A stretch of DNA of 64,000 bases, taken from the NCBI GenBank assembly GCA_050633305.1, contig JBOEGF010000024.1, forward strand, positions 224,001-288,000, read 5' to 3'. Below are positions 9,609 to 20,992 of the stretch, piece by piece. This DNA is from Nannocystales bacterium (lineage in GTDB: Bacteria > Myxococcota_A > Polyangia > Nannocystales > Nannocystaceae). How positions within the stretch are numbered: position 1 is the stretch's first letter; the number at the start of each line of letters is the position of its first letter. The translations under genes and the position numbers were made by a program. Under the pieces are notes generated by a model that saw nothing but the letters and a program-made list of their open reading frames with translations, did not search any database and had not been told where the DNA came from.

Positions 9609-10748
9609 GTGCCAACGCATCTCATCTTGGTCCCAGGGTTCCTCGGCTTTCAACGGCTCGGGACGATGTCCTACTTCGTGAAGGTGGAGGAGGTGCTCAC
9701 GCGCTTGGGTGAGCGTCTTCGGGAGGATGTCCAGGTTCAGGCGATGCGGACGCTACCCACTGGAACGCTGGGGGCGCGTGCTGCAAAACTCGCCGAGTTT
9801 GTGGATGGCCTTCCGGACGATGGGGGAGATGTGCATTTGCTCGGTCACTCGACCGGCGGAGTGGATGCCCGCCTCTTTCTCTCACCGGGGGCCTCCTTGC
9901 CGACGACCGTCGACGTCGATGCCGCAGCGTCTCGGGTTCGCAGCGCCGTGTCCATCGCCGCGCCGCACCACGGGACGCCGCTCGCGTTGTTCATGACGGG
10001 CGTCAACGGACATCGGCTGCTGCGCGTGATGTCGTTCGTGCTCACCAAGATGCTCTCCACGGCGCGCGGACCCGTCCGCGCGATCGGCTCGGTCTCGGAG
10101 ACCGTACTTCTGCTCGATGCCCTCTCGGGTCTCGATCGGCACGTTCGCAAGCCGCTGGCGGACAGACTCGGGCCGCTGCTGTCCAAGCCGCTTGACGCGG
10201 ATCTGGATGATGGTGGTGCGCTCCATCCCCTCATCGAGGACATGGGCCATGACAGCGCGCTGCTCGAGCACCTGACCCCGTCGTCGATGGACCTGTTCAA
10301 CACCGCGGTGGGAAACCGCAGGGGGGTCGCGTACGGCTGTATCGTCGCCGCCGCTCCTCCACCGTCTCTCAGAGGCCGGGCGCGTGTTGGGTTCGACCCC
10401 CTCGGCCAGCTTGGATACGCGCTGTTCAGCGCGCTGCATCGGTTGTGCGCCCTGAGCAACCCGCGATTGCATCGGGTTTTGGATCATGCGCAGCGGACTG
10501 CGCTCCTGGCGGGCCTCGGTCGCATTCCCGAGACGGCGGACAGCGACGCCTTCGTTCCCACGCTGTCCCAGGTTTGGGGCGAGGTCATCGACGCTCGCCC
10601 ATGCGACCACCTCGACCTGATGGGCTACTACGGTGAGCACGGAGTCGACCTCCTTCCGTGCGCGGCCGACTTCGGGGCCTCGGAGTTCAAGCGCGTCTGG
10701 CAACGCGCCGGCCTCTTCGCCCTCGACCCCGGCTTCCGAACCCATTGA
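9609..10748 (+). CDS. Alpha/beta hydrolase, triacylglycerol lipase-like
   Basis: LVPGFLG oxyanion region, GHSTGG nucleophile elbow, APHHGT, SDAFVP, DHLD. Start uncertain (9531 or 9609). Confidence 0.85.
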   Translation: MPTHLILVPGFLGFQRLGTMSYFVKVEEVLTRLGERLREDVQVQAMRTLPTGTLGARAAKLAEFVDGLPDDGGDVHLLGHSTGGVDARLFLSPGASLPTTVDVDAAASRVRSAVSIAAPHHGTPLALFMTGVNGHRLLRVMSFVLTKMLSTARGPVRAIGSVSETVLLLDALSGLDRHVRKPLADRLGPLLSKPLDADLDDGGALHPLIEDMGHDSALLEHLTPSSMDLFNTAVGNRRGVAYGCIVAAAPPPSLRGRARVGFDPLGQLGYALFSALHRLCALSNPRLHRVLDHAQRTALLAGLGRIPETADSDAFVPTLSQVWGEVIDARPCDHLDLMGYYGEHGVDLLPCAADFGASEFKRVWQRAGLFALDPGFRTH

Positions 10749-10902
10749 TCCCCGGACCCGCGAGGCCTAAGCCCCACCGCTGACACCGAGCGAAGCAGGA
10801 GGAGCGAAAGCGACGAGCGAGGGCAAGGCCCGACCGCCAGGGGTTGAAACGAAGGGGGCTACGCCCCCGCAGTGAAGGGGACCGCGAGGTCCCCTTAATA
10901 AC
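10749..10902. repeat. Multi-hairpin intergenic element (REP/MITE-like or ncRNA) between convergent genes
   Basis: AAGGGGACC-GCGA-GGTCCCCTT (10875-10896), GGGGGC-TAC-GCCCCC (10854-10868), plus GCGAAGC and GC-GAAA-GC mini-hairpins. Confidence 0.5.
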
Positions 10903-12396
10903 CTAGTACGCCTTCGCCATCAGGACGCGTTGCGCCGACGGTTTGCCCGACTTGATGCAGACGCCGGGCTCCGCGTCGGGTCCCTGACCGGGCAGAGGGA
11001 TACAGCGGATGGTCACCTTGGTCGCGGCCTTGATCGCGGCTTCGGTCTCGGCGGTGCCGTCCCAGTGGCACCAGGCGAAGGTACTGGCGTCGTCCTTGAA
11101 CGTCTTGACGAAGTCGTCCCAGTTGTCGAGCGTGACGGTGCGATCGGCGATGCGCTGTTGGGCAGCCGCGAGAAGCTCGGCTTGATACGCATCGAGGCGA
11201 GCCTTCACGCCTTCGACAAAGGCGCCGGCATCGAGGAACTCCTTCTTGCCGGTGCCGCCGGTCCTCATCTTGACGCAGACTTGGCCCTTGTCGAGATCCT
11301 TGGGACCCAGCTCGATCCGCATGGGAACGCCACGACGCTCCCAGTGATAGAATTTCGCACCGGGTCGCATGTCGCGGTCGTCGATCCGCACCTCGATGAA
11401 GTCTCGGTAGCGGACGCCCTCGGGGGCGATGTCGATCGAGCTGAGCTCCTTCTTGAGGCGCTCGGCCGCCTCCATGACAGCGACGCGCTGCTCGTCGGTC
11501 TTGTAGATCGGGATGACGACCGCGTGAATCGGTGCGAGGGCAGGGGGGAGGACCAGGCCCTCGTCATCGGAGTGCGTCATGATCAAACCGCCGACCAGTC
11601 GCGTCGAGACGCCCCAAGAGGTCTGCCAGACATACTCCAGCTCGCCACTCTCGGACTGGAACTTCACGTCGAACGCCTTGCCGAAGTTCTGCCCCAGGTC
11701 GTGGCTGGTACCGGCTTGCAGCGCCTTGCCGTCCTGCATCATCGCCTCGATGCACAAGCTCTGAACTGCGCCCGCGAACTTCTCGGTCTCGGTCTTGATG
11801 CCTCGCACGACGGGCATGGCCATCGTGCCCTCGGCGAACTCGCTGTAGACGCCGAGCATCTTGCGGACCTCGGCCTTGGACTCTTCGTGGTTGGCGTGGG
11901 CCGTGTGCCCCTCCTGCCACAGGAACTCGGTCGTCCGCAGGAACATGCGTGTTCGCAGCTCCCACCGCATCACGTTTGCCCATTGGTTGATGAGCATGGG
12001 GAGGTCGCGATGGCTGGAGATCCACTTGCCGAAGAAGTGCCCGATGATCGTCTCGGAGGTCGGACGAATGACGTAGGGCTCCTCGAGCTTCTCACCGCCC
12101 GCGTGCGTAACCACGGCGAGCTCGGGTGCGAAGCCCTCGACGTGCTCGGCTTCCTTGGTGATGAAGCTCTGCGGGACCAGCAGCGGGAAGTATGCGTTGT
12201 CGTGCCCCGTGTCCTTGAACCGAGAGTCGAGGCCTCTCTGGATCTTCTCCCAGATGGCGAAGCCGTAGGGCTTGATCACCATGCAGCCCTTCACGACCTT
12301 GGCGGGCTCGGCCAGGTCGGCTTCACGGATCACGTCCTGGTACCACTTCGGGTAGTCCTCGGATCGCGGCGTGATCTTCTCAGGCTTGGAACTCAT
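10903..12396 (-). CDS. proS: Proline--tRNA ligase, archaeal/eukaryote-like type (no editing insertion)
   Basis: [58 protein letters not shown], terminal AKAY. Start ATG 12396. Confidence 0.97.
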   Translation of the reverse strand: MSSKPEKITPRSEDYPKWYQDVIREADLAEPAKVVKGCMVIKPYGFAIWEKIQRGLDSRFKDTGHDNAYFPLLVPQSFITKEAEHVEGFAPELAVVTHAGGEKLEEPYVIRPTSETIIGHFFGKWISSHRDLPMLINQWANVMRWELRTRMFLRTTEFLWQEGHTAHANHEESKAEVRKMLGVYSEFAEGTMAMPVVRGIKTETEKFAGAVQSLCIEAMMQDGKALQAGTSHDLGQNFGKAFDVKFQSESGELEYVWQTSWGVSTRLVGGLIMTHSDDEGLVLPPALAPIHAVVIPIYKTDEQRVAVMEAAERLKKELSSIDIAPEGVRYRDFIEVRIDDRDMRPGAKFYHWERRGVPMRIELGPKDLDKGQVCVKMRTGGTGKKEFLDAGAFVEGVKARLDAYQAELLAAAQQRIADRTVTLDNWDDFVKTFKDDASTFAWCHWDGTAETEAAIKAATKVTIRCIPLPGQGPDAEPGVCIKSGKPSAQRVLMAKAY

Positions 12397-13982
12397 CGCG
12401 CCGGAGCATGGCCCGTGCTCGTCTCGCCGCGCAAGCGTGAACGGCCCGGCCACAGAGCCAAGGCGAGGCTGCTCACTGCGGCGACGGAGATCCCGAGAAA
12501 GACGCGCGACATCCCTGGGTGGCCGGCTTGCGCGAGCTGATTCGCGCCGACTCGCAGGAGGTCTGGCCGCAGCTGCGCGAAGCCCCAGGCCGGGGTGCCC
12601 TCGAGTGACCAATGGGAGACCCAGAGGTAGCCGGGGTCGTCGGGTGTGCTGCCGTAGAGCACCATCATCCATTCGAAGATCGAGTGCTGCGCGAGGTGGA
12701 TCTGCAGCGCCACGGAGACGCTGAGCAGCAGTACCAGGCCCACACGCAGCCGTTTTGTGCCGCCGTCCCAGGCAGCGGCGATGGGCAGCAGCGCAAAGGG
12801 GATGATCGGGATGAGGAACCGTGGCCCGAGCGCCCAGCCTCCCCACCAGTCGCTTCGCGTCGCCACAAACAACATGCGCGTGACGACGACTGCAAGGCAG
12901 AACCACGCGGCCGCAGGCACGCGCTGCCGAAAACGCCGCCATCCGAGAAGCGCTCCGAGGAGCACGGGCGAGGTCCACCACAGGCTCCGGCCGGGCGAGA
13001 CCAACAGCGCGAGCAGGTTCAGCCCGGGGACGACGACGTGGCTGTACAGGCCATGGCGCCCGGACTCGAAGGGACTTCCGAATCGGAGCGCTTGGCTCAC
13101 GCCCAGCGCGATGAGGCCGGTCGCGCCCAGCAGCAACGCGACGCCCCAGGTTCGCTTCAGGCTCGCACGCTCTGGCCACCTTGGCGCGAACGCGTAGCCC
13201 AAGAATGCGGGGACTGCGATCAGGTTGAGCAAGTGCACGTGGCAGGACCACCCGACCACGAACGCGGCGAACCACAGCCACCGAGGCTCACGCGTACGGT
13301 GATGCCGTTCGAGGCCCAGAGCCGCGCCCAGCAGCAACACCGTCGACAACGGCTCGCTCAAGAACGTGCGGGTGTAGGGCAACAGGAGCGTGCCGAACCC
13401 CAACGCAACCCCCACGAACCATGCCGCGCCGCGGGAGAACCCGAGCCGCCGTGTCCACGCCATGGCGAGCAGGACCGCGAGCGGGGTCAACAGGCAGTTC
13501 GTCAGGCTGACGAGCAGTCGTGTCCAGTCGTCGTGCTGGCTGCGGCGGTGGACAAAGAAATGGTCCGAGCGAATGGTGTGTCGCCAGGCTTCAGGAGCCG
13601 TCGCAGCGGCGGCCTTGCCGAGCCCGTACATGGGCAGCGCGGCGATGGAGAGGCCATGCCCGAAGAAGCCGTACCGTTGGCCTCTGGGCCCAGCCGCCCA
13701 TCCGAACGTGCCTGTGGGTTCGCCCTTGGGTTCGCCGGTTCGCCGAGGGATCCCGGGAATGGAGAGACCACCACGCTCGTAGAGTGCGGCGGTCGTTTGG
13801 TAGACGATCTCGTCGTCTGGAAACGCGATACGGCCCGGTGCGCAGAGCAGGTAGGCGCACACGCAAAACACCAGGAACGCGACGGTCCGTCGTCGTCCCT
13901 GGTGTACAGGCGTGGAGAGCACGCGAAAGCCGGAGCTGTCCTGAGAGCTGTCCTGGTTCAGGCGGCCGAATCGGCCGGCCAA
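12393..13982 (-). CDS. Polytopic membrane protein, GT-C fold (ArnT/PMT/GT39-like) glycosyltransferase candidate
   Basis: Many TM segments; acidic PDDE after TM1; [23 protein letters not shown]. Start uncertain. Confidence 0.7.
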   Translation of the reverse strand: MAGRFGRLNQDSSQDSSGFRVLSTPVHQGRRRTVAFLVFCVCAYLLCAPGRIAFPDDEIVYQTTAALYERGGLSIPGIPRRTGEPKGEPTGTFGWAAGPRGQRYGFFGHGLSIAALPMYGLGKAAAATAPEAWRHTIRSDHFFVHRRSQHDDWTRLLVSLTNCLLTPLAVLLAMAWTRRLGFSRGAAWFVGVALGFGTLLLPYTRTFLSEPLSTVLLLGAALGLERHHRTREPRWLWFAAFVVGWSCHVHLLNLIAVPAFLGYAFAPRWPERASLKRTWGVALLLGATGLIALGVSQALRFGSPFESGRHGLYSHVVVPGLNLLALLVSPGRSLWWTSPVLLGALLGWRRFRQRVPAAAWFCLAVVVTRMLFVATRSDWWGGWALGPRFLIPIIPFALLPIAAAWDGGTKRLRVGLVLLLSVSVALQIHLAQHSIFEWMMVLYGSTPDDPGYLWVSHWSLEGTPAWGFAQLRPDLLRVGANQLAQAGHPGMSRVFLGISVAAVSSLALALWPGRSRLRGETSTGHAPAR

Positions 13983-13983
13983 A

Positions 13984-14445
13984 TCAGCCGGAGGTGCCGC
14001 CGGAGTCCGACATGCACATGGACGTGTCGAACGTGCACATCATCGGGTCGCAACCAAGGGTGCCGGTTCCGAGACCGAGGGCGGTGCAGTCGAGACCCTG
14101 GAGGTCCGCTCCGTCGCACTGCTCGCCGGGGCTGACAACGCCGTCTCCACAGCCGCCGCCTTCGGTGGCGGTGGTGGGGTCGCCGCTGGTGCTGGTGCTG
14201 CTCGCTGCACCGGAGGTCGTGGTGCCGCTGGGGTCGCCGCTGGAGCCCGAGTCACCGGTGGTCGGGTTGACCGAGGTGCCGCTGGGGTCTTCGCCGCTCG
14301 AGGAGCCGGCGGTGTCGGTGCCAGGAGAATCGGTGGTCTCGGCGCCGTTGGACGCGGTGAACCCCGGATCTTCTACGTCGGTCGTACATCCGACCATGGC
14401 GCCCACCAGCGCGATGCAAGCAACCCCAAACCCAATGCGGAACAT
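13984..14445 (-). CDS. Small lipoprotein with Ser/Thr-rich linker and myxobacterial Cys-rich repeat
   Basis: Lipobox MVGC; S/T/G linker; CGDGVVSPGEQCDG...C...GTLGC...CTFDTSMC. Confidence 0.82.
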   Translation of the reverse strand: MFRIGFGVACIALVGAMVGCTTDVEDPGFTASNGAETTDSPGTDTAGSSSGEDPSGTSVNPTTGDSGSSGDPSGTTTSGAASSTSTSGDPTTATEGGGCGDGVVSPGEQCDGADLQGLDCTALGLGTGTLGCDPMMCTFDTSMCMSDSGGTSG

Positions 14446-14612
14446 GCCCCACCATAGATCGGTGGCGCCGGGTTGGGTCAAGTTTATTCGACTTCGGAAC
14501 TTGACAATCCCGACGCCCCGTCCACATGCGTTCCGCACGCGCTCTGGCGGGCCGTGAACGGACCCTGAGGAACCTTTCCGAGGTCGAAGAAGCGGCTCTA
14601 CATGCCGGATCG

Positions 14613-15839
14613 TTACATCGCGTCCTGGTGCGGAGCGGGCGCGGAGACGTAGCGGTCGGCCTCGACTTCGACGAAACCGGGGGCGGGTCGGGCGAAGAAG
14701 TAGCCCTGCATCCAGCCGCAGCCGGCCTCGAGCAGGGCGTCCCGCTCGTTTTCGTTCTCGACACCCTCGGAGATCGTCATCGATCCGATCTCGGCTGCGA
14801 ACTGATGCATGCGTTGCAGCAACCGGCGCTTCACCGGGTGGAGATGGAGGTCGCGGATGAGCGCCATGTCGAACTTGATGAAGTCCGGATCGAGCTCCGC
14901 GAGCGCGGTGAGACCCGCGTAGCCGCTTCCGAGGTCATCGATCGCGAGTCGGTATCCCCGCTCCCGCAGGGCCGAGAAAAACGTCTTCACGCGCCGGTAG
15001 TCGCCGATCGCGGCCCGTTCGGTGAGTTCGAAGACGATCGAGGAGGCGAACTTGGTGAGCTCGCCGTCGAGCGCTTCCTTGGCAAACAAAGGGTCGTCGA
15101 GATCGCTGGGGTGGATGTTGATGAAGTGCAGGCGCTCTTCGGAGCCGCACACGGAAAGCTCGTCCGCAATGATCTGTCGCAGCACCCGGCTCAACGCGTG
15201 GACCCGGTTGGTCCGCTCGGCCACGCCGAAGATCAGGTCGGGGAACTTCATCCCGTCCATCGTCCCGCGACAGAGCCATTCGTACGCGATGATGCTGGTC
15301 GAGTGGCAATCCACGATCGGCTGGTGGTGGAAATGGAACGCCCGCTCCGAGATCGCTCGGTCGAGCAACGAGGCCGAGCACTCGAGTTGGTAGCCTTTGG
15401 GGTCGGATGCGGCGCGCGCAGCCGCGGCGACCGCTCGCGCAAACGCGCGGGCACGCTGGGCGTCGCCGAGCCTGACCGGTACGCGCGAGATCGAGAGCGT
15501 ACTCGCGTCAACTGTGCAAGGGAGCAGGGGCGAAATCGCCTCGAGAATGGCCGCGTGCAGGATCTCTTGGGAGAGGTCCTCGCCGCCAGCATGTCGCCAC
15601 GCGATGAAGTCGTCGGCCGGCCAATGGCGGACCCCGTACTCGCGGCCGCTGAGACCCAGCACGCCGACGAGGGCGCGACCGACGTGATCGAGGAGCGTTG
15701 CGTGGGCGTCGAAGCCGGCCTCTTGCTCAAACTCGGCCCCGAAGGGCATGCGGACGTAATACAGCTCCAGGGCTTCGTCTGGTGCTCCTAATTGGAGGGA
15801 CGGGGGAATCGTCCAAGCGGCATCGAGGCGGAAGGTCAT
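14613..15839 (-). CDS. EAL-domain c-di-GMP phosphodiesterase-like protein with uncharacterised N-terminus
   Basis: HQPIV, YEWLCR (EAL variant), FINIHP, FELTER, IDDLGSGY, IKFD, EGVE, QGYFFARP. Confidence 0.9.
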   Translation of the reverse strand: MTFRLDAAWTIPPSLQLGAPDEALELYYVRMPFGAEFEQEAGFDAHATLLDHVGRALVGVLGLSGREYGVRHWPADDFIAWRHAGGEDLSQEILHAAILEAISPLLPCTVDASTLSISRVPVRLGDAQRARAFARAVAAAARAASDPKGYQLECSASLLDRAISERAFHFHHQPIVDCHSTSIIAYEWLCRGTMDGMKFPDLIFGVAERTNRVHALSRVLRQIIADELSVCGSEERLHFINIHPSDLDDPLFAKEALDGELTKFASSIVFELTERAAIGDYRRVKTFFSALRERGYRLAIDDLGSGYAGLTALAELDPDFIKFDMALIRDLHLHPVKRRLLQRMHQFAAEIGSMTISEGVENENERDALLEAGCGWMQGYFFARPAPGFVEVEADRYVSAPAPHQDAM

Positions 15840-16051
15840 TGGCGCACCTGGGGCATCGACGCCCACCCTGCCGTCTTGAGCCCCGGATCCGGCCGGTCGG
15901 GTCGGGGGAGGTTGTGTCTGTGCAGGAAGTGGCCTGTATGAAACCGCCCCTGATGTCAGGAAAGGACGCCGGTCAGCGCGATGCCGCGCCGCAGTCTCTT
16001 GATCGACCGCCCTCGAAATCAGTACACTCGTACCCGGTGCAAGGGGTTTCC

Positions 16052-17731
16052 ATGAACTTGCCGGGCGAGCCTTCCGGGACTCGCCTCGGCAAGTATCAGC
16101 TGCTGCGTCGAATCGCGACGGGGGGCATGGCGGAGATTTTTCTCGCCCGCGCGCAAGCGATGCACGGCTTCGAGAAGCAGGTCGTGCTCAAACGGATTCT
16201 TCCGCAGCACGCATCGAGTGACGACTTCATTCGGATGTTCCTCGCTGAAGCCCGCCTCGCCGCGACGCTCCACCACCCCAACATCGTTCAGGTCTACGAC
16301 ATCGGAGAAGAGGCGGGAGCCTACTTCTTTACGATGGAATACATCCAGGGGGAGGACCTTCGCCGCCTGGTCCGCGCTGCGCGTCGCAAGCAGACACCCA
16401 TCCCCCTTGCCCACATCCTGCACATCATCATGGGGATGGCAGGTGGGCTGCACCACGCCCACGAGAAGATCGGAACCGACGGTCTTCCCCTCGGGATCGT
16501 GCACCGCGACGTGTCTCCGTCCAACGTTCTGGTCACTTACGAAGGTGACGTGAAGGTGGTGGACTTCGGGATCGCGAAGGCTGCGGCGGCGCAGAACTCC
16601 ACCATTGCCGGCACTCTCAAGGGCAAGATCCCGTACATGTCCCCGGAGCAATGCCGGGGGGAACTCGTCGATCGACGCAGCGACATCTTCTCGATCGGCA
16701 CGTTGTTGTGGGAGCTGACAACGGGCAAGCGATTGTTCGCTGGGGAGAACGAGTTCGCGATCCTCAACCGTGTGGCCAAGGCCGATGTGCCGCCCCCGAG
16801 CAGTGTGCGGCCGGAATACCCGCCCGAGCTCGAGGCCATCGTGATGCGGGCGCTCTCCGTCGATCCCGAAAACCGGTACCCGACCGCGATCGATCTCCAG
16901 ATCGATCTCGAGGATTTCGCTCGCGAGGCGCGGCTTCCCGTGTCCTCGGCCCGGATGGGCCGGTTCATGCGGGCGCTGTTCGACGAGGAGCTGAAGGCCG
17001 CGGCGGCGGAGAGAATCTCCGCGCCGGCCTCCACCGACGTGCCCGGTGGGACGATGATCGTCTCGCCAAGCAGTCCGCCGGAGGGGATCTCCGATCTCAC
17101 CCCAAGCGAGGTTCGACTGCACGGCGAACCGACGCCGGGTCTTGTCCCTGGCGTCGGGGGATCGGGAACCGACATTTCCATCGTTGAGGCGCCACCCAAA
17201 CGTCGAAACCCGGCGGTCGCACTGGGTGCAGGATTCCTGCTGACGCTCGGCCTCGGTGGGGGGGCGTACATGGCGTTCGGCGGAGACGACCAAGCCAACG
17301 CTGCCTCCGTGAGCGCATCGGAGGGCACTCCCCAGCGCGAGATCGAGGCGGTTCCCGTGGAGCCGGATCCCAGCGAGCTCGCCGGATCGGACCCGGCCCC
17401 GACCGCGGTCGATGAGGTGCCTGCGCAGGCTCTCGGTGATGCGCCGACCCTTGCCCCTGGGAGCGCCCCCGAAGGCGACCCGTCCGCCCCGTCAGGGGAC
17501 GCCGGCACCGAACGACCCGATCCTGCTGCTGAAGCGAAGCCTGTGCCTTCCGCTCCGGTCGCGTCGGCAGCAAAGGAACCCGCCCGATCGGAGCGCACAA
17601 AGCCGCGCCGAACACCGCGCAAGTCCAAGAGGGTGGCGAAGCCGGCGACGGACAAGCCCAAGGACCCGGCACCGGAACCCGCGAAGAAGCCGCGGTACGA
17701 CGAGAACTCGGCACGCCTGCCGGGAATGTGA
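16052..17731 (+). CDS. Membrane-anchored Ser/Thr protein kinase
   Basis: IATGGMAEIF, VVLKRI, HRDVSPSN, DFG, YMSPEQ, SDIFSIG; one TM helix; Pro/Ala/Lys-rich tail. Confidence 0.95.
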   Translation: MNLPGEPSGTRLGKYQLLRRIATGGMAEIFLARAQAMHGFEKQVVLKRILPQHASSDDFIRMFLAEARLAATLHHPNIVQVYDIGEEAGAYFFTMEYIQGEDLRRLVRAARRKQTPIPLAHILHIIMGMAGGLHHAHEKIGTDGLPLGIVHRDVSPSNVLVTYEGDVKVVDFGIAKAAAAQNSTIAGTLKGKIPYMSPEQCRGELVDRRSDIFSIGTLLWELTTGKRLFAGENEFAILNRVAKADVPPPSSVRPEYPPELEAIVMRALSVDPENRYPTAIDLQIDLEDFAREARLPVSSARMGRFMRALFDEELKAAAAERISAPASTDVPGGTMIVSPSSPPEGISDLTPSEVRLHGEPTPGLVPGVGGSGTDISIVEAPPKRRNPAVALGAGFLLTLGLGGGAYMAFGGDDQANAASVSASEGTPQREIEAVPVEPDPSELAGSDPAPTAVDEVPAQALGDAPTLAPGSAPEGDPSAPSGDAGTERPDPAAEAKPVPSAPVASAAKEPARSERTKPRRTPRKSKRVAKPATDKPKDPAPEPAKKPRYDENSARLPGM

Positions 17732-17820
17732 CCGACGTGTGGGCCTCGACGGCGCCCCGGTTCGTTGGGCATGATTGAATCGGATCGAGTCGGATCCAGA
17801 AGGTCCAAACGAGTCCAGCT

Positions 17821-18639
17821 TTGAGACGTATCGGTAGAAGCTCCTTCCTCCGCGTGATCTCGATCGGTGTCGCCCTTAGCTTCACCGGTCCCGTGATGGC
17901 GCACAGCGCCGCCGCTCCGGCGCCCAACGGGTTCGACAACGCTGACGCCGAGGCGCTCTACCTCGAGGGGTTGTCGAAGTTCGATGTCGGCGATTTCGAG
18001 GGGGCGCTCGAGAAAGTCGAGGCTTCGCTGGCGATCGAGAGCACTGCGATGTCGATGTACGCGCAGGCGCAGAGCCTCAACAAGCTCGGGCGCTGCCGAG
18101 AGGCGGTTCCAATCTACAACGAGTTGCTTGGCATGCTGCCGGAGAACAGCGTCGCCCGTCCGGTGGTGGTCGACGCTCTGGTCAGCTGTGCCGCGAGGAT
18201 GGCCGAAGAAGACGAGGCCGTCGTCACGCCGCCTGTGGACCTCGGTGGCTCGGGGGACGCCGAGGGCGGGGATGGGTCCGGTCCCGTGGACGACCAGGCG
18301 CCGAGGTCGGGTGGGAAGAAGTGGTTCGTCGATCCGTACGCACCGGTTCTGATCGGGGTTGGAGCCATCGGCGTGGGCGTCGGGGGCTACTTCCTCGGGC
18401 AGGCATCCCAGGAAAACTCGAAGCCGGCCGAGCAATACGACGAGTTCGAGGCGAAGGGGGAGCGGGTCCGGCAGCTGCGGGTCCAGGGCGGGGTCATCCT
18501 TGGCGTCGGCGGGGCGCTTGTTCTCACAGGCGCGATTCGGTACGCGGTGCTCGGCATCCGCAACCGACGGAGTCGGACGGCGTTTACGCCCCTGGTTGGG
18601 CCGCGGTTGACCGGGGCTTCGTTCTCCGGGCGGTTCTGA
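17821..18639 (+). CDS. Secreted TPR protein with Gly-rich hydrophobic C-terminus (paralog 1)
   Basis: Signal-like N-terminus; TPR-like YAQAQSLNKLGRCREAVPIYNELL; two Gly-rich hydrophobic segments; ends FSGRF. Confidence 0.8.
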   Translation: MRRIGRSSFLRVISIGVALSFTGPVMAHSAAAPAPNGFDNADAEALYLEGLSKFDVGDFEGALEKVEASLAIESTAMSMYAQAQSLNKLGRCREAVPIYNELLGMLPENSVARPVVVDALVSCAARMAEEDEAVVTPPVDLGGSGDAEGGDGSGPVDDQAPRSGGKKWFVDPYAPVLIGVGAIGVGVGGYFLGQASQENSKPAEQYDEFEAKGERVRQLRVQGGVILGVGGALVLTGAIRYAVLGIRNRRSRTAFTPLVGPRLTGASFSGRF

Positions 18640-18678
18640 TCCAAAGTCCAGTCCTTTGGCTTGCAGCGAGAGGTCCGT

Positions 18679-19459
<781 letters not shown>

Positions 19460-19476
<17 letters not shown>

Positions 19477-20965
19477 CGAGCCGCGGCAACAACCACAACC
19501 AGGCACCGAGCAGCGGGACGACGCTGAGGACGCCAGGGAGGCCGAGCAGCAACCCGAGGTTGGTATGTCCGGTGTTGGCCGAAGGTGCGGCTTCGGCAAG
19601 GCGCCCCAGCGCGAACTCCCACAGCGGGTCCCCATGTTGCGCGACTTCGGGGCTGGCGGCGGCCAGCAGGAGGGACTGGAAGACGCTGACTCCCAGCAGC
19701 ACCAAGCCCGCCCGCGGAACGGTACGAAGTACAGGGACGAGGCCGAGCATGAGGAAGCCCAGGGCCGGCACCATGTGGCGCGGACCCGCCGAGGCGCCGC
19801 CGTCCCACATGTAGTAGCCGGCGTTGAGCAGCCAGAAGTACAACGCGACGCAGGCTGCCGCGCCGAATCGAGCTCGATGTGGAGACCGGAGGACTCCCTG
19901 AGCCAAACCCCAGGCCGCGAGCAAGCACACCGGGCTCAGATAGAACAGCCCACGGAAACTCCCGAAGAGGAGTTCCAACGCGACGTGCGGATCGGGAACG
20001 CCAAGGCCGTAGCGCACTGCCATGCCTGCGGCGAATTCCTCTCGATAGACAAAGTCGTATCCCGTTGCGAGCGGGCTCCCGAACGCGATGGTGTGGTAGC
20101 CGGCAAGTATCAGAGCCCACGGCAGTCCTCCAGCGCTGAGCCAAAGGGCGTCCCGCAAGCTCCTCCGCTTCCACGTGAGAAGGACTGCGAGCCCCGCGAC
20201 GACCGCGGCGGGGTACTCGGTGAGGACGGCCGCACCGAGCAGCATCCCTGCCGAGAGCGGGGCCGAGGGGGGAGCGTCCGTAGGCGCCAGCTCCAAGATC
20301 GCGAATGCGGCGAGCAGGGCGGCACCGCACAGCGCATGGCCGTACAGCGAGGTCGAGTAGACCCACACGGGCGTTCCCAATCCCCAGGCCAGCGTGACCC
20401 AGGTCGCGACACGTTCATCGCCTAGGCTCAGTGAGCGTGCGAGTAAGAAGAGCGCGCAACCGCCGAGCAGTGCCGTGGGGAGGACGACGACGAAGAACGT
20501 GCACAGGTACAACGCGAACCTGTACGCAGGGCTGTAGCCGATACGGTCCCCGGGGAGCTTGTCGGCAGGGTCGAGGACGGTGCCGATTTCGCGCACCTTC
20601 GGGTCGAGAGACCGGACCGCGAACGTTGGAGGGTCTGTCCTGACGATCCTGTGGAGGACCGCATACGCGGCGTACGGAAGGACTGCGAAAAACGAAACCC
20701 CCGGCGCCTTGTCGCAATAGAAGTGGCCCTCGCGAAAACTCTTGTCGCCCGTGGTGTGGTGGCTGGCATCGATGACGGCGGTCTGGTCTTCCACCAACGC
20801 CCGGGTCAGCGCGAACCGGGAGTTCTGGTTCCACGCGGGTGCCCCGACGAAGAACGCGTAGGAGAAGACGAGCGCGCCGAGGAGCGGGAGCAGGGTCGCG
20901 CGAGCCGGGCTGAGCAAAGACGTCAGCCATGCGAAGCGACGCATGGGCTGCGCTGGTGCCGGCAT
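19460..20965 (-). CDS. Polytopic membrane protein, second GT-C-like candidate
   Basis: Multi-TM; NQNSRFALTRAL, DKAPG, YSTSLYGH, TEYP; WDGGASAGPRHMVP matches the motif in the 12393 gene. Confidence 0.65.
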
Positions 20966-20992
20966 CGGAGTCTCGGCCGCGGCGGCGCCGGG

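Noticed and set aside
12397..13281. Apparent N-terminal extension of ProRS (similarly PBP1C 62445-62714 and DUF1501 30102-30473)
   Set aside because: Each overlaps the upstream gene in another frame; the true starts form ATGA overlaps.
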